Positions 51,809 through 64,000 of a stretch of DNA of 64,000 nt are shown here, in pieces. The first letter of the stretch is position 1. Each line of letters begins with the position of its first letter. The notes under the pieces are model-generated. The model was not told the origin of the DNA. It saw nothing but the letters and a program-made list of their open reading frames with translations, and ran no database searches. A program made the translations under genes and the position numbers. Source of the DNA: Heterodontus francisci (lineage: Eukaryota); NCBI RefSeq assembly GCF_036365525.1, contig NC_090417.1, positions 8,325,850-8,389,849 on the forward strand, in the 5' to 3' direction.

Positions 51809-51868
51809 ACTCCCATGAAGAAGACGCGGGCCTTAATTGGAGATGCAGGGGTTACGTTCACTAATGCA
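51809..51868 (+). CDS. GNS: GNS-like exon 2
   Basis: tttcag| TPMKKTRALIGDAGVTFTNA |gtaagt; 60 nt. Confidence 0.92.
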
Positions 51869-53340
51869 GTAAGTAAACTCATTGTTACTGGTTGGTTCAT
51901 AGCATGCAGTGTCTGGTGTTTTACTGCTTGATTCAAGGTCCAGGACCTCAGTGATAACTTTGGATCAGCTGGCACTGATGGTTTGCTCAACTCTGCCACA
52001 GCAAGGCTTATGTAGAGCTTCTGCACCAATGGTCTTTTAAATGCTGTAAGTCAAGATGGCATTAAGGAGTTGGGTGTTGGTGTTGAAAATCGGACTTAGT
52101 GCAGCTCAACAGAATAGGTATACTGTATATTCTCCTGTGTGGTCTGCACTCGTAGTAAGTGGACTGTGCTGACTAGTATGCTTAATATCTAAGTGCTATT
52201 CATACATTCTTAGTGCCTTTTTCTTCATTCATGGGATGTGACTGTGCTGGCAAGCAATGGGAATGTATTGCCCATTCCTAATTTCCCTTGAAGGTCGTTC
52301 TGTAGTACCTTCTTGAACCATTGCAGTCCTTGTGGTGAAGGTACTCTTGATTTTTTTTGTTGCAATTTAGTACAATTGATGGTTTGCTTGGCCGTTTCAT
52401 AGGGCAGTTAAGAATCAACCTCATGGCTGTGGGTCTGGAGTCAAATATAGGCCAGACCAGGTAAGGATAGCAGATTTCCATCCTTAAAGGACACTGCTGA
52501 ACCAGGTAGATTTTTACAAGAACCTGGTGGTTACATAGTCACCATGACTAATAGCTTTTAATTAATTGACTTTAAATTCCTCAGCTGGAATGTTTGGATT
52601 TGAAGTTGGATTTGAACTTGTGACTGTTAATTACTAGTCCAGTGACATAACCACTATGCCACCACAACCACACAAAAAACATGTTGTGGAATTGGGAAAT
52701 GCTTGGAGGCAAGAAGAAACTAGCAGTTGCCCTGAAATGGTTCTGGCCAAAGCTCATAGGTCACTGATAGTGAAGGAGAACTGGTTGTGTTGTGCTGGAA
52801 GATGTGCTTTTGCCTTATCTCTCATTCCTTTCAAACTTCAAATATCATCTGCACATTATTCCTTCTCCCTGCCTACTTACTTCATGGAAATCCAAATACG
52901 TCACACACAGTCCTATTTTTAATTAATTTTTATCATTACTTTGAAACTGTGTACCTCTTCACCCTCAGACTTGTCATCTGTTAGAATTTGCAGGCCAGAG
53001 TTGCTTGATGCAGGCCAGAGCTCCAAACCTTGGTGCTTTCATGTATCCGTTCCTTTTAGTGGTTTATTGCACTATGAGCATTGGCCCTCACTGTGGTATC
53101 TAATTTTTTTTAAAAAGTGGAACTAGCTGGAGGAGTCATAGATTCAGCTATGTTTAGAAAAGTTAAATCTCCTTCCACACTCAGCAATGGGATCTGCAAC
53201 TGTTGGTTTCCTTTTAGACCTGTTGATCTGAAAGTTTGAGAATCATGGAGCCTATTCGATGAGACAAACTGCTTTGTATCTGTTTTGGTGGTAAAATGCC
53301 TTTGACTCTTCCTGAAGCTGTTGCTTGATTTTCACTAAAG

Positions 53341-53544
53341 TTTGCAGCCACACCGCTATGCTGTCCGAGTCGCAGTGCCATCTTGACAGGGAAGTATCCA
53401 CACAATCACCTGGTACGCAACAATTCACTGAATGGAAACTGCAGCAGTGTGCAGTGGCAGAAGGTTATGGAGCCACAGGTCTTCTCTGTCTACTTGAAGA
53501 ATCAAGGATACCAGACCTTCTATGCAGGCAAATACCTCAATAAG
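53341..53544 (+). CDS. GNS: GNS-like exon 3 (formylglycine motif CxPxR)
   Basis: taaag| [23 protein letters not shown]...[13 protein letters not shown] |gtaaca; 204 nt; both sulfatase signatures present. Confidence 0.95.
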
Positions 53545-55320
53545 GTAACATGGTTTGAACAAAGAAATTATGTCATATGTTCTGGAATGATGAAAGCAGG
53601 CTCCATTTCCTAATCAGTGCTGAGTTGCCTAATTACACCTGTGGTGATGGGGGCTATGATAGATGTCTCTTGCCCCTAGATTTGAGAGGAAAATTTTAAT
53701 TAGAGTTTGTAGCTTGTGATTCCTGCTGGATTTGCATTTGTGTTAGAGGGGATTTGGTTTGATGTGAGTTCTCTGCTATAATCTAATCTCCCCTTTTATT
53801 TGAATAGCGTTCCGACACTTCCTATCTGAGCGAACGTTTGAAGGTTGGCCGTGTGTGCAGACTGGAGGGTGCCTGGCATCTGGGTAATCTTAATCCAGCA
53901 ATGGTCAGCCCCTTCAGTTGATGGGTTGGTGGGAGAAAATTGGTGGAAAAACTTTTTATAAATGAAGACTACCTGTGGATATAATTTCTGGGGAATTGGT
54001 GGTATAGTGTATTGGAAGGGATCAGGTTCAATCCCTGACCCAATGAGCTTTCAAGTCCTATACAATGAAGAAATTCTATTTGTTGAATTTTCAGCATCTT
54101 GAGAACATGAAGGGTGATAAAAGGCCTATAAACCAAGCCTCCTGCTCATAAATATGGAGCAGATGAAACAGTGTAAATATTTGTTCTGAACTGGTTGGGT
54201 AATCAAACATTTGAAAATGTTGGTTACGTTGTCAGTGATTCACACTGTGTGTACAGAGGGTGAGGGGAGTTGCTGCATTTTGTACATCTTTGGGGAGAGG
54301 TGTTTAAACATCCCAACACAATTGTATGCACTTTATCCTAATTTGGTCAAATTACCTGTTTAACTAAAGTAGATTAATCTCCTTATTGACGCACAGGATA
54401 TCTACTATCCTCGCTCATGGTGGTCTGCACCCCTGACTTTGATCTAAGAGGGATAACATTGGAGCAATGAGTAATGCTGAGATTTCCTCTGTCGTCTTTG
54501 CAACATTTTCCACCCCATTCATAAATGTTTAATTTCAAAGACTATCCTTGTAGGATATAGTAAGTACTTGGCATTTGTTTTAATAAGTAATTTAAACCTG
54601 GCTGTAAACTCAACACTCTTAAATGCCACAGTAAAATGGGAATGAAAATGTCACTGAGCGAACTGATTAGTTACTTGGGTCTTTATTTTTGACCCACAAC
54701 TTTCTTCCCTCTGGCAACATTCTTCAGCCACTGTAAATTTGTCCATAATGCAACAAATTATTTGTAAATCACTGATAGGATCTTGAACTTTGTCCAGTCT
54801 GGCTATAATGGGAGATTGACTGTTGATTGGGTTGGATGGCAATGGGCAGGCTGTGATCTATTTCAAGTCTGCTTCTGTAAGTTCCAAAGTTTATGTTCAC
54901 CATGGTCTCCAAGCTTTGACCTGCTTTCTAGTTGAAATCATTGCCCGGAAAAATGTGGCAATGGTTGAGGGTGGGGTAGGTTTGGTGGTGATTTAAATTC
55001 TTTTGCCTTCCCAACATTCTCTTTTTTTTTTATCTCCCCCACACCCTCCCCCCTTTCCCCACAGAAACCCACCAGAATGGCAGCACATCATGTTGCTATT
55101 CAACAAAGTCACTGGTGCATCCAAGCCTTGAATAAACCTGTTTCCAGATCTGCCATTGCTACTGAAGGGGGAAAGATTAGCTCCCTTCAGAAATTAACAC
55201 TACATTTCCAGTTAATGAAAAGATATTCATTTCCAGATGCTGTAACAGAAGTTGGTTACTTTGCTGAAGAATTTGAGCCTGACCTTTCTAATATTGTTGA
55301 TTTTGATTTTATCTTACTAG

Positions 55321-55386
55321 TATGGGCACCCTACTGTTGGTGGAACAGCCCACGTCCCCATGGGCTGGGATCACTGGCATGGACTG
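55321..55386 (+). CDS. GNS: GNS-like exon 4
   Basis: actag| YGHPTVGGTAHVPMGWDHWHGL |gtaagt; 66 nt. Confidence 0.92.
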
Positions 55387-55450
55387 GTAAGTGACGAGTT
55401 GCCTTTGTTTAGCAGAATTTGAGGTGTGAAATTATTTTTAAGTAACCAGC

Positions 55451-56002
55451 TAAACTGCTTTAGAAATTTTCTTCTTTCTTTGAAAATAGGGTCTTAGACT
55501 TTCACCCATTATGGGTCTGCACTCTGAAAATCTTTGTCTAAACTTGCCCTTATCTGTTTTTCTGACATTTTGAAATCTTAACTTTTTGACCTAGCTTTTG
55601 GTCACCTTCCCTAAAGCTTTCCCCTAATATCTGTTTGGTATTCTTGGTTCCTCCCATAATTTTTCTCCAGACCCATCCTCTTTTTGTAAAGTACTTTGGG
55701 ACATTTCAGTTTGTTGAAGATGATACATCTTCAACATCATGATTGCTGAAATAATTGTCTGCCCTTTTGGAGCGATAAGTTGTTCATGTGTCAGTATGTT
55801 CACCAGTAGCAGAGGTGACTGAAATTTACATCAACTTACTGGCACACTATCTAACATTTCCACACTGAGCAATGTAGAAAAACAGCAAACTGAAAACTAA
55901 AGCAGGCCCATTGCAAGTATATACACAAAGCATCATTAAACTGCTTTAGAAATAATCTTCTTTCACTGAAAATGAGGTCTTAGAATTTCAACCATTATGG
56001 GT
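55451..56002 (+). repeat. Pair of 66-bp direct repeats (55451-55516 and 55937-56002)
   Basis: 58 of 66 positions identical, no gaps, 486 bp apart. Confidence 0.85.
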
Positions 56003-56849
56003 TTCCTCAACATTGTATCATTTTTATAGTGGAATATTGTGAAGAAAATAGTGCAGAGATTTTCTCTCCTCGAAGATAAGGCAGAGACTATTGTAGCAAT
56101 ATATTGGTAAACTTTTTGTTGCTACTTCTGATTTGTTAAATACCTGTTCTGTATGGTTGCCTCCACCTTTTATCTTCGTTAGCACTTAATCCTGCCACCG
56201 CTAGCTATGACTCAAGTTGCTCTGAGGATGGAATTCTGCTGCACACTGTTTCGGAATTCTTATAATCGTTTTACAAGATTAGCTCAGAATTCCCTTTGTG
56301 TAGAGAAGCATTGGGTTGGAGCCCAAAGGGGCAGACCTGGCAATGACCATGATTTTAGTCTGCACAGACTGGCCTTGGTGGTTGCCATGTAATGTCTCTG
56401 CAGATGCTTTCATTTATTCAGATTGGTGACTGCAATCTGGCAGTATCTGAACTGTTTAATGTCATTATTCAAAGCAGTGCTTTGTTCTTGTAAGTAATAC
56501 GCTGCAGCTACCAGTATTATAAACCTGGCTGCACTTGTCCTTGTACTAAACCCAAGGGGAAGCCTTGGCTAACAGAAGTGCCAACTCTCAACTTGTCTCA
56601 CCAACTCAGTCACTCTTCCTTCCCAACAAGTTAGTTAATTTTTAGCAAATCAACTGAGGTAGACTTTTAATATCGCCTAAAAATCACTTTGACCTGTTTG
56701 TGCCAATTTCCCTCTGGTCTTGTTAACCACACAATGACTGTTGCTGATATTGTTAGTCGAAGCTGTGAATACTTAACAGCTGGATGATTTGAGTTCAACA
56801 AATTTGACAAGCAGGCAGTGTCACATAATCGTATTTAATTTTCCTCAGA

Positions 56850-57784
56850 TTATAACAGTGTGCCTTTGAGACTCTGTTAAAGGTAGCAAAACCTTCAAGA
56901 CGGGGAAAGAAGTTTTGGAGTTCTGAGGCACATGCCAGCTGCATTTTGTTACCTAATCGACAGCAGGAGAGGTCACATGGTATCATGTTTCGATTTTACT
57001 GTGTAAAACTGGGGGGAGAAAAACAAAACACCAGCGAAACGCGCTACTGAAAGGAAGAGCTGTCTATCCTCTCAGAGCTACAGGCAAAGTTAATTGCCGA
57101 AGGAGAAAAAAAGCACGTTTTTGTGAAGAGACAATTTGTATTGCTGAAGGTAGCAAAACTCCTTTCTTTACTTTGAAGCCAGGAAGTATTTGCTTTAAGA
57201 TTGAATTTCTCTTGACTGACTGTTTGCTGGAATTCGAAGTAAAGTGTCAACTGAGAGACTGTCAGTTTTGAAATTCAAGTTAATCTATTGCTGTGCTCAT
57301 CGTTGAAGGAGCTGTTTGATGCCTGCTGCAGCCCAAGTGTTTTGAGTGCCTATCAAGAACAGACTATTTGATCAAATCCGCATTCACATTTGATTATTTT
57401 CACATTAGAATACCTCGCCCAATTGGGAATGTAACCCACAAAGACTTATTGTTTATTTATTCTTAAACAGCTAATTTTTGAAAACATTTTTTTTCAATAA
57501 ACAGGTTAACCATGATTTTTGAGTCTATGTGTGTGAATGAGGAAGTTTAAGTTAACATAAGTTCTAAGGTGTTGAGACATAGGTTTATCTTAATAGTATT
57601 TAAGATTTAGTTTTAATAGTTAATTTGTTGTTGTCCAAAGATAACTGGTTTGGTCTGTTTTTTTCTGGGAGTTACTGGAGGGTTTAATTTGGCTGTTTTC
57701 CAGTTGGCTGGGAAAACTTTAATAATATACTGTGGAGTGATGGGACTGAATTGACAGTGCATTGCTCCTGCCTCAGTCGTAACA
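56850..57784 (+). mobile_element. Solo LTR-like element (diverged relative of 47250-48325)
   Basis: Ends GGGACTGAATTGACAGTGC...GTCGTAACA like 48283-48325; 5' boundary approximate. Confidence 0.55.
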
Positions 57785-58441
57785 GCAGCTAAACAGGAAA
57801 ATAATTCTGTCCTTCAAAGAAAAAGATTGGAAAGAGGAACCGTAGTTCATCTATTAAAAATAAGAACGTAAGGACGATAAGATGGATAAGAACCTAAATG
57901 AAGGCCAGTAAATTTAAGATGTGGTTTTGCGACTCACTCTCAACTTATCAAATGGTGTCATTAATACAAGGACTCAAAGATTCAGGTTTAATGTTGATCA
58001 GAAGTACTTTAGATTTTTAATATATGTAAATTTTAAAACAAAGTTGTTCATTCGTCCACTGTAACCATATGACACCACCCACCAATCATATCTCAACATT
58101 GATTTGTGCTTAAACCAGAATGCCAGATACCTCAAAGGCCCATCTAAGCACTCCAGCCCATACTCTTATTCCTGATAACAGGGGCTGGTAGCTGTGGCAC
58201 CAAATATCACTCCGATGCAGTGTATCTGCCTCAAGATGTACAACAAACCCTTGTCCCTTGAGAGTTCTGTCAACAGCAGTAATAAATTTGCAAATTGCCC
58301 TGTTTCTTAGGTACCATCAAAATGATTATGAAGCAGAGAAATGAGGAAACATGAGGTGTTGGGTATTATTCTGCAGATAAGATCTTAACTGAAAAGGAAC
58401 ATTTTTTTCAACAGTGACCTCAGTGTAATTTTCTTATGCAG

Positions 58442-58540
58442 GTGGGAAACTCAAAATATTATAACTATACACTGTCTGTGAATGGTGTAACTGAAAAACA
58501 CGGAGACAGCTACCAAAAGGACTATCTGACCGACCTCATA
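58442..58540 (+). CDS. GNS: GNS-like exon 5
   Basis: tgcag| [33 protein letters not shown] |gtaaga; 99 nt. Confidence 0.93.
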
Positions 58541-59440
58541 GTAAGATGCATTTACTCTCTGAAGTCTGTTAAATATCAGTGTTAAAAATGGACTGAATGT
58601 TGATGCTGAGGAATTACTGTGGCTACTGCAGAATTTTATTGTTTAACTTTATAAATAGAACAAGCAGTGCAACAAAACTTATGTAACCTTTTGTAAGATT
58701 GCGCAATAAGCTGTTGGTTGGCGTACCCGAGGGAATACTTTTGTTATGCATATTTGAATTTGATTTATTGAATTGGATTTGAATTATGTATCTTTCCCAC
58801 AGAAACTAGTCAGTCTCAAACTGTCAGCAAAAGATAGGATGGCTGTCAGTGTTGCTGTCTGCCAGTTGGATATCCAATTTTTTGAGCACTGAGAGGTGGG
58901 TTTCCACCTTCACCCAGTTCCTTGTCATGCTGTGTGCCATCTTGGAGGATGTAAATGTTTCAAGTGAATTACTTGAAATATGGATATCTTTTTGAAACAA
59001 GGAAGAATTAGTTAATCTGGTTGAGGTACGGAAAAGGTACACTTGAACAATAGAGACAGTGTGCCATTCGTAACTGTATAATTAATGGAGACTTGGATTT
59101 ATTGGGAGAGTTCAAAATACCAAAATACTGCAAATGCCAGAAATCTGACTGAGCAGGTTAGGCAGTGTCTGTGGAGAGAGCAAGATAGGGTTAACACTTC
59201 AGGGTTGAGGAAAAGTCATTGCTGTTGTACCTATCTCCACACTCCCCCCCGCCCCCCCTCCTCCCCCCCCCCCCCCCCCGCACTCTGTACATATGCTCCC
59301 TGACCTCTGTGTTCCCAGCACTTTTTTGGTTTGCATTTATTGTAGGAAGTGTTGTCTTTTTCATGATCAGTGTTCTGAAGTAGAAAAATTGGTCTGGTCG
59401 AATTGACTACCTGATCACCACCTCTCTACTTTTTTTACAG

Positions 59441-59608
59441 GCAAACCGCTCCATGGAATTTCTGCAATCCAGGAAGCACAGCCTTCCATTTTTCATGATG
59501 CTGTCAACTCCAGCCTGCCATTCTCCCTGGACTGTAGCTCCCCGGTACAGCAAGTCCTACATCACCACCAAAGCTCCCCGTCATGGAAGTTTCAATGTTC
59601 ATGGGAAG
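59441..59608 (+). CDS. GNS: GNS-like exon 6
   Basis: ttacag| ANRSMEFLQSRKHSLPFFMMLSTPACHSPWTVAPRY...KAPRHGSFNVHGK |gtgagt; 168 nt. Confidence 0.93.
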
Positions 59609-60296
59609 GTGAGTAGAGCCCATGGAGAATAGTGTGTAGCTTTTACATGAGTCAGATCTGCAAGATCTTTAGAGCAGAGAAACTGAAGGGTGGAATTAAT
59701 AACAGGTTCAAAATTTTGATGGGTTTTGATAGCATAGATTGGGAGAATTGAACAACAGCAGTCATCCTTTTAGAAGCAAAATGGTGGGGTGGGGGTGGGG
59801 TGAGGTGGGGAAACTCCATGTGCGGGTTTCTCTAAGTCATTGCCCTGACTTTTCTCTCAGACGCTGACTAGTCTGCTGTATGGTTTACCATGTGATCTAT
59901 TTAAAATTCATTTTGCTTGTGAAACCAGCTTGCACAACACCAGTCAGTAGGAACAGGTCCTCGATGATGAATATCAGTAATCGCCACCAGGTGGTACCAA
60001 CAGCCAACACTGTGATGGCTTTAACACCAGCTAGTCAGTTCAGAATTCGCACCTAATTCTGAAAAGCTGCTGCATGTGCTAGAATTGTATTGATTCGTAT
60101 TGTATGTGCAGTAGAGACTGCCTGAAGTTTTAAAAATAAATGTCATTTTGTGTTAGTTCTGCAAACTTGATTGGTAGTCCTAGGATCCAAATTAGTGTTC
60201 AATATTGGGCTGGGAGTTTGAAGCAAGAACCTCGTCTAAACATGACTGCAGCTGACCCTCATCGTCAATTACAATGATTTTTGTTCTCCCTCACAG

Positions 60297-60379
60297 AATA
60301 AACACTGGCTGCTGCGACAACCTAAAACCCCCATGAAGAACACTTCTATCGATTTCCTGGATAATGTCTTCAGAAGAAG
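60297..60379 (+). CDS. GNS: GNS-like exon 7
   Basis: cacag| NKHWLLRQPKTPMKNTSIDFLDNVFRR(R) |gtacga; 83 nt. Confidence 0.93.
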
Positions 60380-60879
60380 GTACGAGGATGCACTTGCCTT
60401 TCAAAATGTGAGCCGTCGTAGACGAGGTGGTGTAGTGGGTTAGACATCAGCTTTTCCCCTTCAGGATTGGATTTTAAATCCAGTTGAGACAGATGGGATG
60501 GAAATAATTGCTACATGTTGGAGAAGGCTGGGAGTCAGGGGAGTCGGGTGGGGGGGTGGGGGTGGTGGTGGCGGGTGGTGGTAGAGCATCTGCTGCTCAG
60601 CAGTGCTCAGGGCCCCATAACAGAACCGTCAATAAATCAGCTCATTCACTCAGGATGGTGTGGTGCACTTTCATTTCTCACTGGAGTCGACAGTTTTTTC
60701 TGATGTTGCAGCAGAATAGAGTGAAATTACCTCTATCTAATTGCGTTACACCTGACCCTTGCAACAGTTAAATATACAACTATGGCTCCGATAAAGGTCA
60801 GAAGGTCTGCATTAAAATCAGAAAATACAGATCAATGGCATTTTCTGTTGTCTTCCCATGCCACCCGCACACCCACTCG

Positions 60880-61265
60880 CCCCTTTCTTGAATAGAGGGT
60901 TTATATTTGCTACTTTCTAGTCTGATGGAACTTTTCCAGAATCTAGCCAATTTTGAAAAATTAACACCAACGTATCTACTACCTCATTAGCCACCTCTTT
61001 TAAGACCCTAGGATGAAGCCCATCAGGACCTGGGGACTTGTCAGTCCGCACAGCTCCATCAGTTTGCTTAGTATCGTTTCCCTGGTGATTGTAATTTCAC
61101 CAAGTTCCTGTATTCCTTTCACTGCCTGATTTACAGCTATTACTGGAATGTTTTTTGTATCGTTTATGGTGAAGACAGAAGCAAGATATTTCTTCATTTC
61201 ATCCGCCATTTCCTTATTATCTACTATTAACTCCCCATTCTCACTCTCTAGAGGACCAACTTTCA
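60880..61265 (-). mobile_element. CR1 ORF2 fragment
   Basis: VGPLESENGELIVDNKEMADEM.KY.ASVFT; KSPGPDG.HPRVLKE. Confidence 0.8.
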
Positions 61266-61916
61266 ATAAACTGAGCTAGCTTCCTCTCATAATCTAATTT
61301 CTTTCTCCTGATGAACATTTGTCATTCTCTGCCATTCTTTATATTCTGACCTACCACTATGAAGTGTCTTTAACTCTCCAAAGTGGAGTGTTGGGGGTGG
61401 GGGGGGTGGGGGGTAGGTTGGCAGAGCCAGGAAAATCTTTAAGGAGGCTGTGTATCTCCATGCCTCTATTTGTAAGTTTAAAAAATGTTTTTAACAAATG
61501 GAGGCTGGGTTTCCTGGGGCTCGGGAATCCCAGCAGGTAAAAGAAGGGCCAGATCTGAGATCTGTGCACTTGCAGCAGTGTTTCCTCCAGGCTCAATGAG
61601 CCAACCTCATACATACTCCCTCCCCCACTATGATCTCATTTCCTTTTTCTCCTCTTTCACCCCTCCCCTCCTTATGGTCTCCAACTTGCCTGATACCCAT
61701 TCCCCGGCTGCTTTCCCATCTGGCCAAGCAGCCAATTTGTCAACCAAAAGATTGAAGACTTAATGTGGTTAATTTCTGCAGGATATCCAGGGAATCCCTT
61801 GCTTCAGCTTTTCCCATTCAGAAATCTTCACAGGCTAATGGGTCAAATGACCTCCCTCTGTGCTGTAAACCTCTGCAGTCAATGGAAACTACAGCATTTC
61901 CTCCTGTTCTCTGCAG

Positions 61917-62035
61917 GTGGCAGACTCTGCTTTCTGTGGATGATCTGGTGGAGAAGGTGATCAATAAACTGAAGGAACTGAAGGTGCTGAACAACACGTA
62001 CATCTTCTATACATCTGACCATGGCTATCACACAG
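61917..62035 (+). CDS. GNS: GNS-like exon 8
   Basis: ctgcag| [39 protein letters not shown](G) |gtgtgt; 119 nt. Confidence 0.94.
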
Positions 62036-62549
62036 GTGTGTTTGGGAATAAAGCTTTAGCAGCATGACTTAGCCAGTTCCATTTATTTTTTTTTCTATTA
62101 ATGTAAGACTACAATTTGACTCCACTCACTCTGTATTGTAGTGTTAAATGCTTGGACTTCTATCCTCGCTTGTCCTTTCCATCTGTTAGCGATTGTCTTG
62201 CAATGACTGTCAAGAATTCCTTTATGATGCAGAATGTGATGTCATGCAAATGATCTGACATTATATTGGTACAGGTCTGTGCTGTGTGAATGTTGCTGAA
62301 GTTTTTTTATTTCTTCCAAATTGTCACAGTGTGCACCTCTGAATAAGGACTTTACTCTGAATATGGATTTGCTAAAGGAGAATGCGCTAAATAACAAACC
62401 TTTCTTTTTATTGTGAACAAAATGCTATCCCAGTCCATGGAGAGTTTCATACACCAGCTGGCAATAATTATTATTCACCATTGCTGTGAACGGGTAGTCT
62501 TTTCCTTGTCCTTTTATTTAAAACATAGTTTGATGCATGAGTCAGTGGC

Positions 62550-63440
62550 ACACAGCAACAGGAGTAGGCCATTTAGCCCTCAAGCTTGTTCTGCCATGCC
62601 ATGATAACATGGCTGATCTGCAACCTAACTACATAACCCCACAACATTAATCGCTTTTGGGAAAGAGAAATCTGTCAATTTCAGATTTAAAATTAACTAT
62701 TGTCCCAGCGTACACTGCCACTTAGAGAAAAGAGTTCCAAACCTCAGTCCTGAAAAGCCTAATTTTTAAACTATCAGCTACTCTGAAATTCCTCAACCAG
62801 CAGTAATAGTTTCTCTCAAGCGACTTTATCTGCTCCATTTCATATTTGAAAACTGAGATCAATTCATCCTTTAATCTTCTAAATTCCACAGAACACAACC
62901 CTAGTTTGTGCAATATCTCCTCATATTTTAACCCTTGGAATCCTGATATTCTGGGAAATCGATGCTGCATTCCTGCATTGCCTCCAAGGCGCAATATATC
63001 TTGCCAAGCTGTGATGACCAAAACTGCTCGTAGTATTCCAGGTGTGGTCTAACCAGCACACTGATTAGCTGCAGAATGATTTCTAACCACTTTGTATTCC
63101 ATCCGGTAGATATAAAGGCCGGCATTCCGAAAAACCTTTTAAAATTATTTTCTCTACCTATTTATGACAATTTAATGAGCTATGTAGTTGGGCTCCACTG
63201 CTTCTAGCTTTTTAACATTTAGACAGTATCACATTCTCAACATTTAAAATTCAAAATAGATGATTTCACTTTTGCCCATTTTCCAAATCTATGTCTCAGC
63301 AATTTTATGCTTCCATTTACACTTCTCACAGTGCCACCTATTTTTGTGTTATCAGCAAAGTTGGATATGTGGCTCTTTATCATATTCATCTGAGTCATTA
63401 GTGAACATAGTGAATACTTGAGGCCACAAAAGGAAACCCT
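62550..63440 (-). mobile_element. Old CR1 RT/3' fragment
   Basis: ISNFADNTKIGG, LVRPHLEYYEQFWS, RRLKDELI.VFK. Confidence 0.8.
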
Positions 63441-63838
63441 GTAGAATGGCATTGGTCACATTTTGTCTATTGTTGATGTGATGGCTCTTCGCCTCTCTTC
63501 TTTTTAAAAATCTTTTTCCCCACCCCCCCACCCCAAGCCCTGCCATTGCCACCAAAATCTTTTTGTCTTTGATCTGTGGGGTAGATGTTGAGATGGCTTC
63601 AGGAAAGATTGTTATTACCATGGCAGGAATAATGTGGGTAAGATGATTGTCCTGTCACTCCATCATTTATGTCATGAATAAGATTGCACCCTGTGCTGCT
63701 TGCGTAACCCACGGGTAGACACTTTTTGTACTTTCATTGCATTTTCAAGTAATGTCTGGCAAGATAATATAGAGACAATGGTTTTTGGAAGAGGAGCATT
63801 CAATGTCTGCTATTGACACTAACTTTATTTGTTTGCAG

Positions 63839-63942
63839 GGCAGTTCTCTCTCCCCATTGACAAGCGGCAGCTTTATGAGTTTGATATCCGGGTGCCATTG
63901 CTAGTCCGTGGACCAGGTATCAAACCCAAACAGACCATTAAG
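63839..63942 (+). CDS. GNS: GNS-like exon 9; gene continues beyond the window
   Basis: ttgcag| (G)[34 protein letters not shown] |gtatgt; 104 nt. Confidence 0.94.
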
Positions 63943-64000
63943 GTATGTGTTCGTATTCAGCGATGCACTTAACTCTGTCGATATATGAACTGAGTCAAGG

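Noticed and set aside
59241-59282. Long C/G homopolymer tracts (also 6315-6325, 19692-19715, 19977-19996, 36849-36875)
   Set aside because: Simple low-complexity sequence, error-prone in assemblies; no evidence of function.

Overview
Vertebrate genomic DNA, almost certainly from a cartilaginous fish (shark-type CR1 LINEs, HE1/V-SINEs, DeuSINE-like SINEs, Penelope-like elements); the species cannot be fixed from the sequence. Two multi-exon genes lie head-to-head about 7.5 kb apart. (1) Minus strand: a family-X DNA polymerase best called POLM (Pol mu). Ten coding exons were mapped by hand from ATG 34253 to 2921; the last exon lies left of the window. Exon 6 carries an apparent 1-nt frameshift, and the protein mixes TdT-like and Pol mu-like specificity motifs and has a palm loop about 30 aa longer than in human Pol mu. 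(2) Plus strand: an N-acetylglucosamine-6-sulfatase (GNS-like) gene. Nine coding exons run from ATG 41763 to 63942 and continue beyond the window, and the promoter has a CLEAR-like E-box. Introns are dense with nested retroelements. Notable non-coding observations: a Penelope-like element with inverted pLTRs and a 13-bp TSD; a family of short TSD-flanked pLTR elements carrying minimal hammerhead-ribozyme cores; a 40-bp locally templated insertion; and a 1.18-kb TTAA-flanked fold-back element without TIRs. Almost all ORFs in the supplied track are TE remnants or noise. Comparisons with human proteins are from recalled sequences, not from alignments run here. Repeat boundaries are approximate unless a TSD is given.
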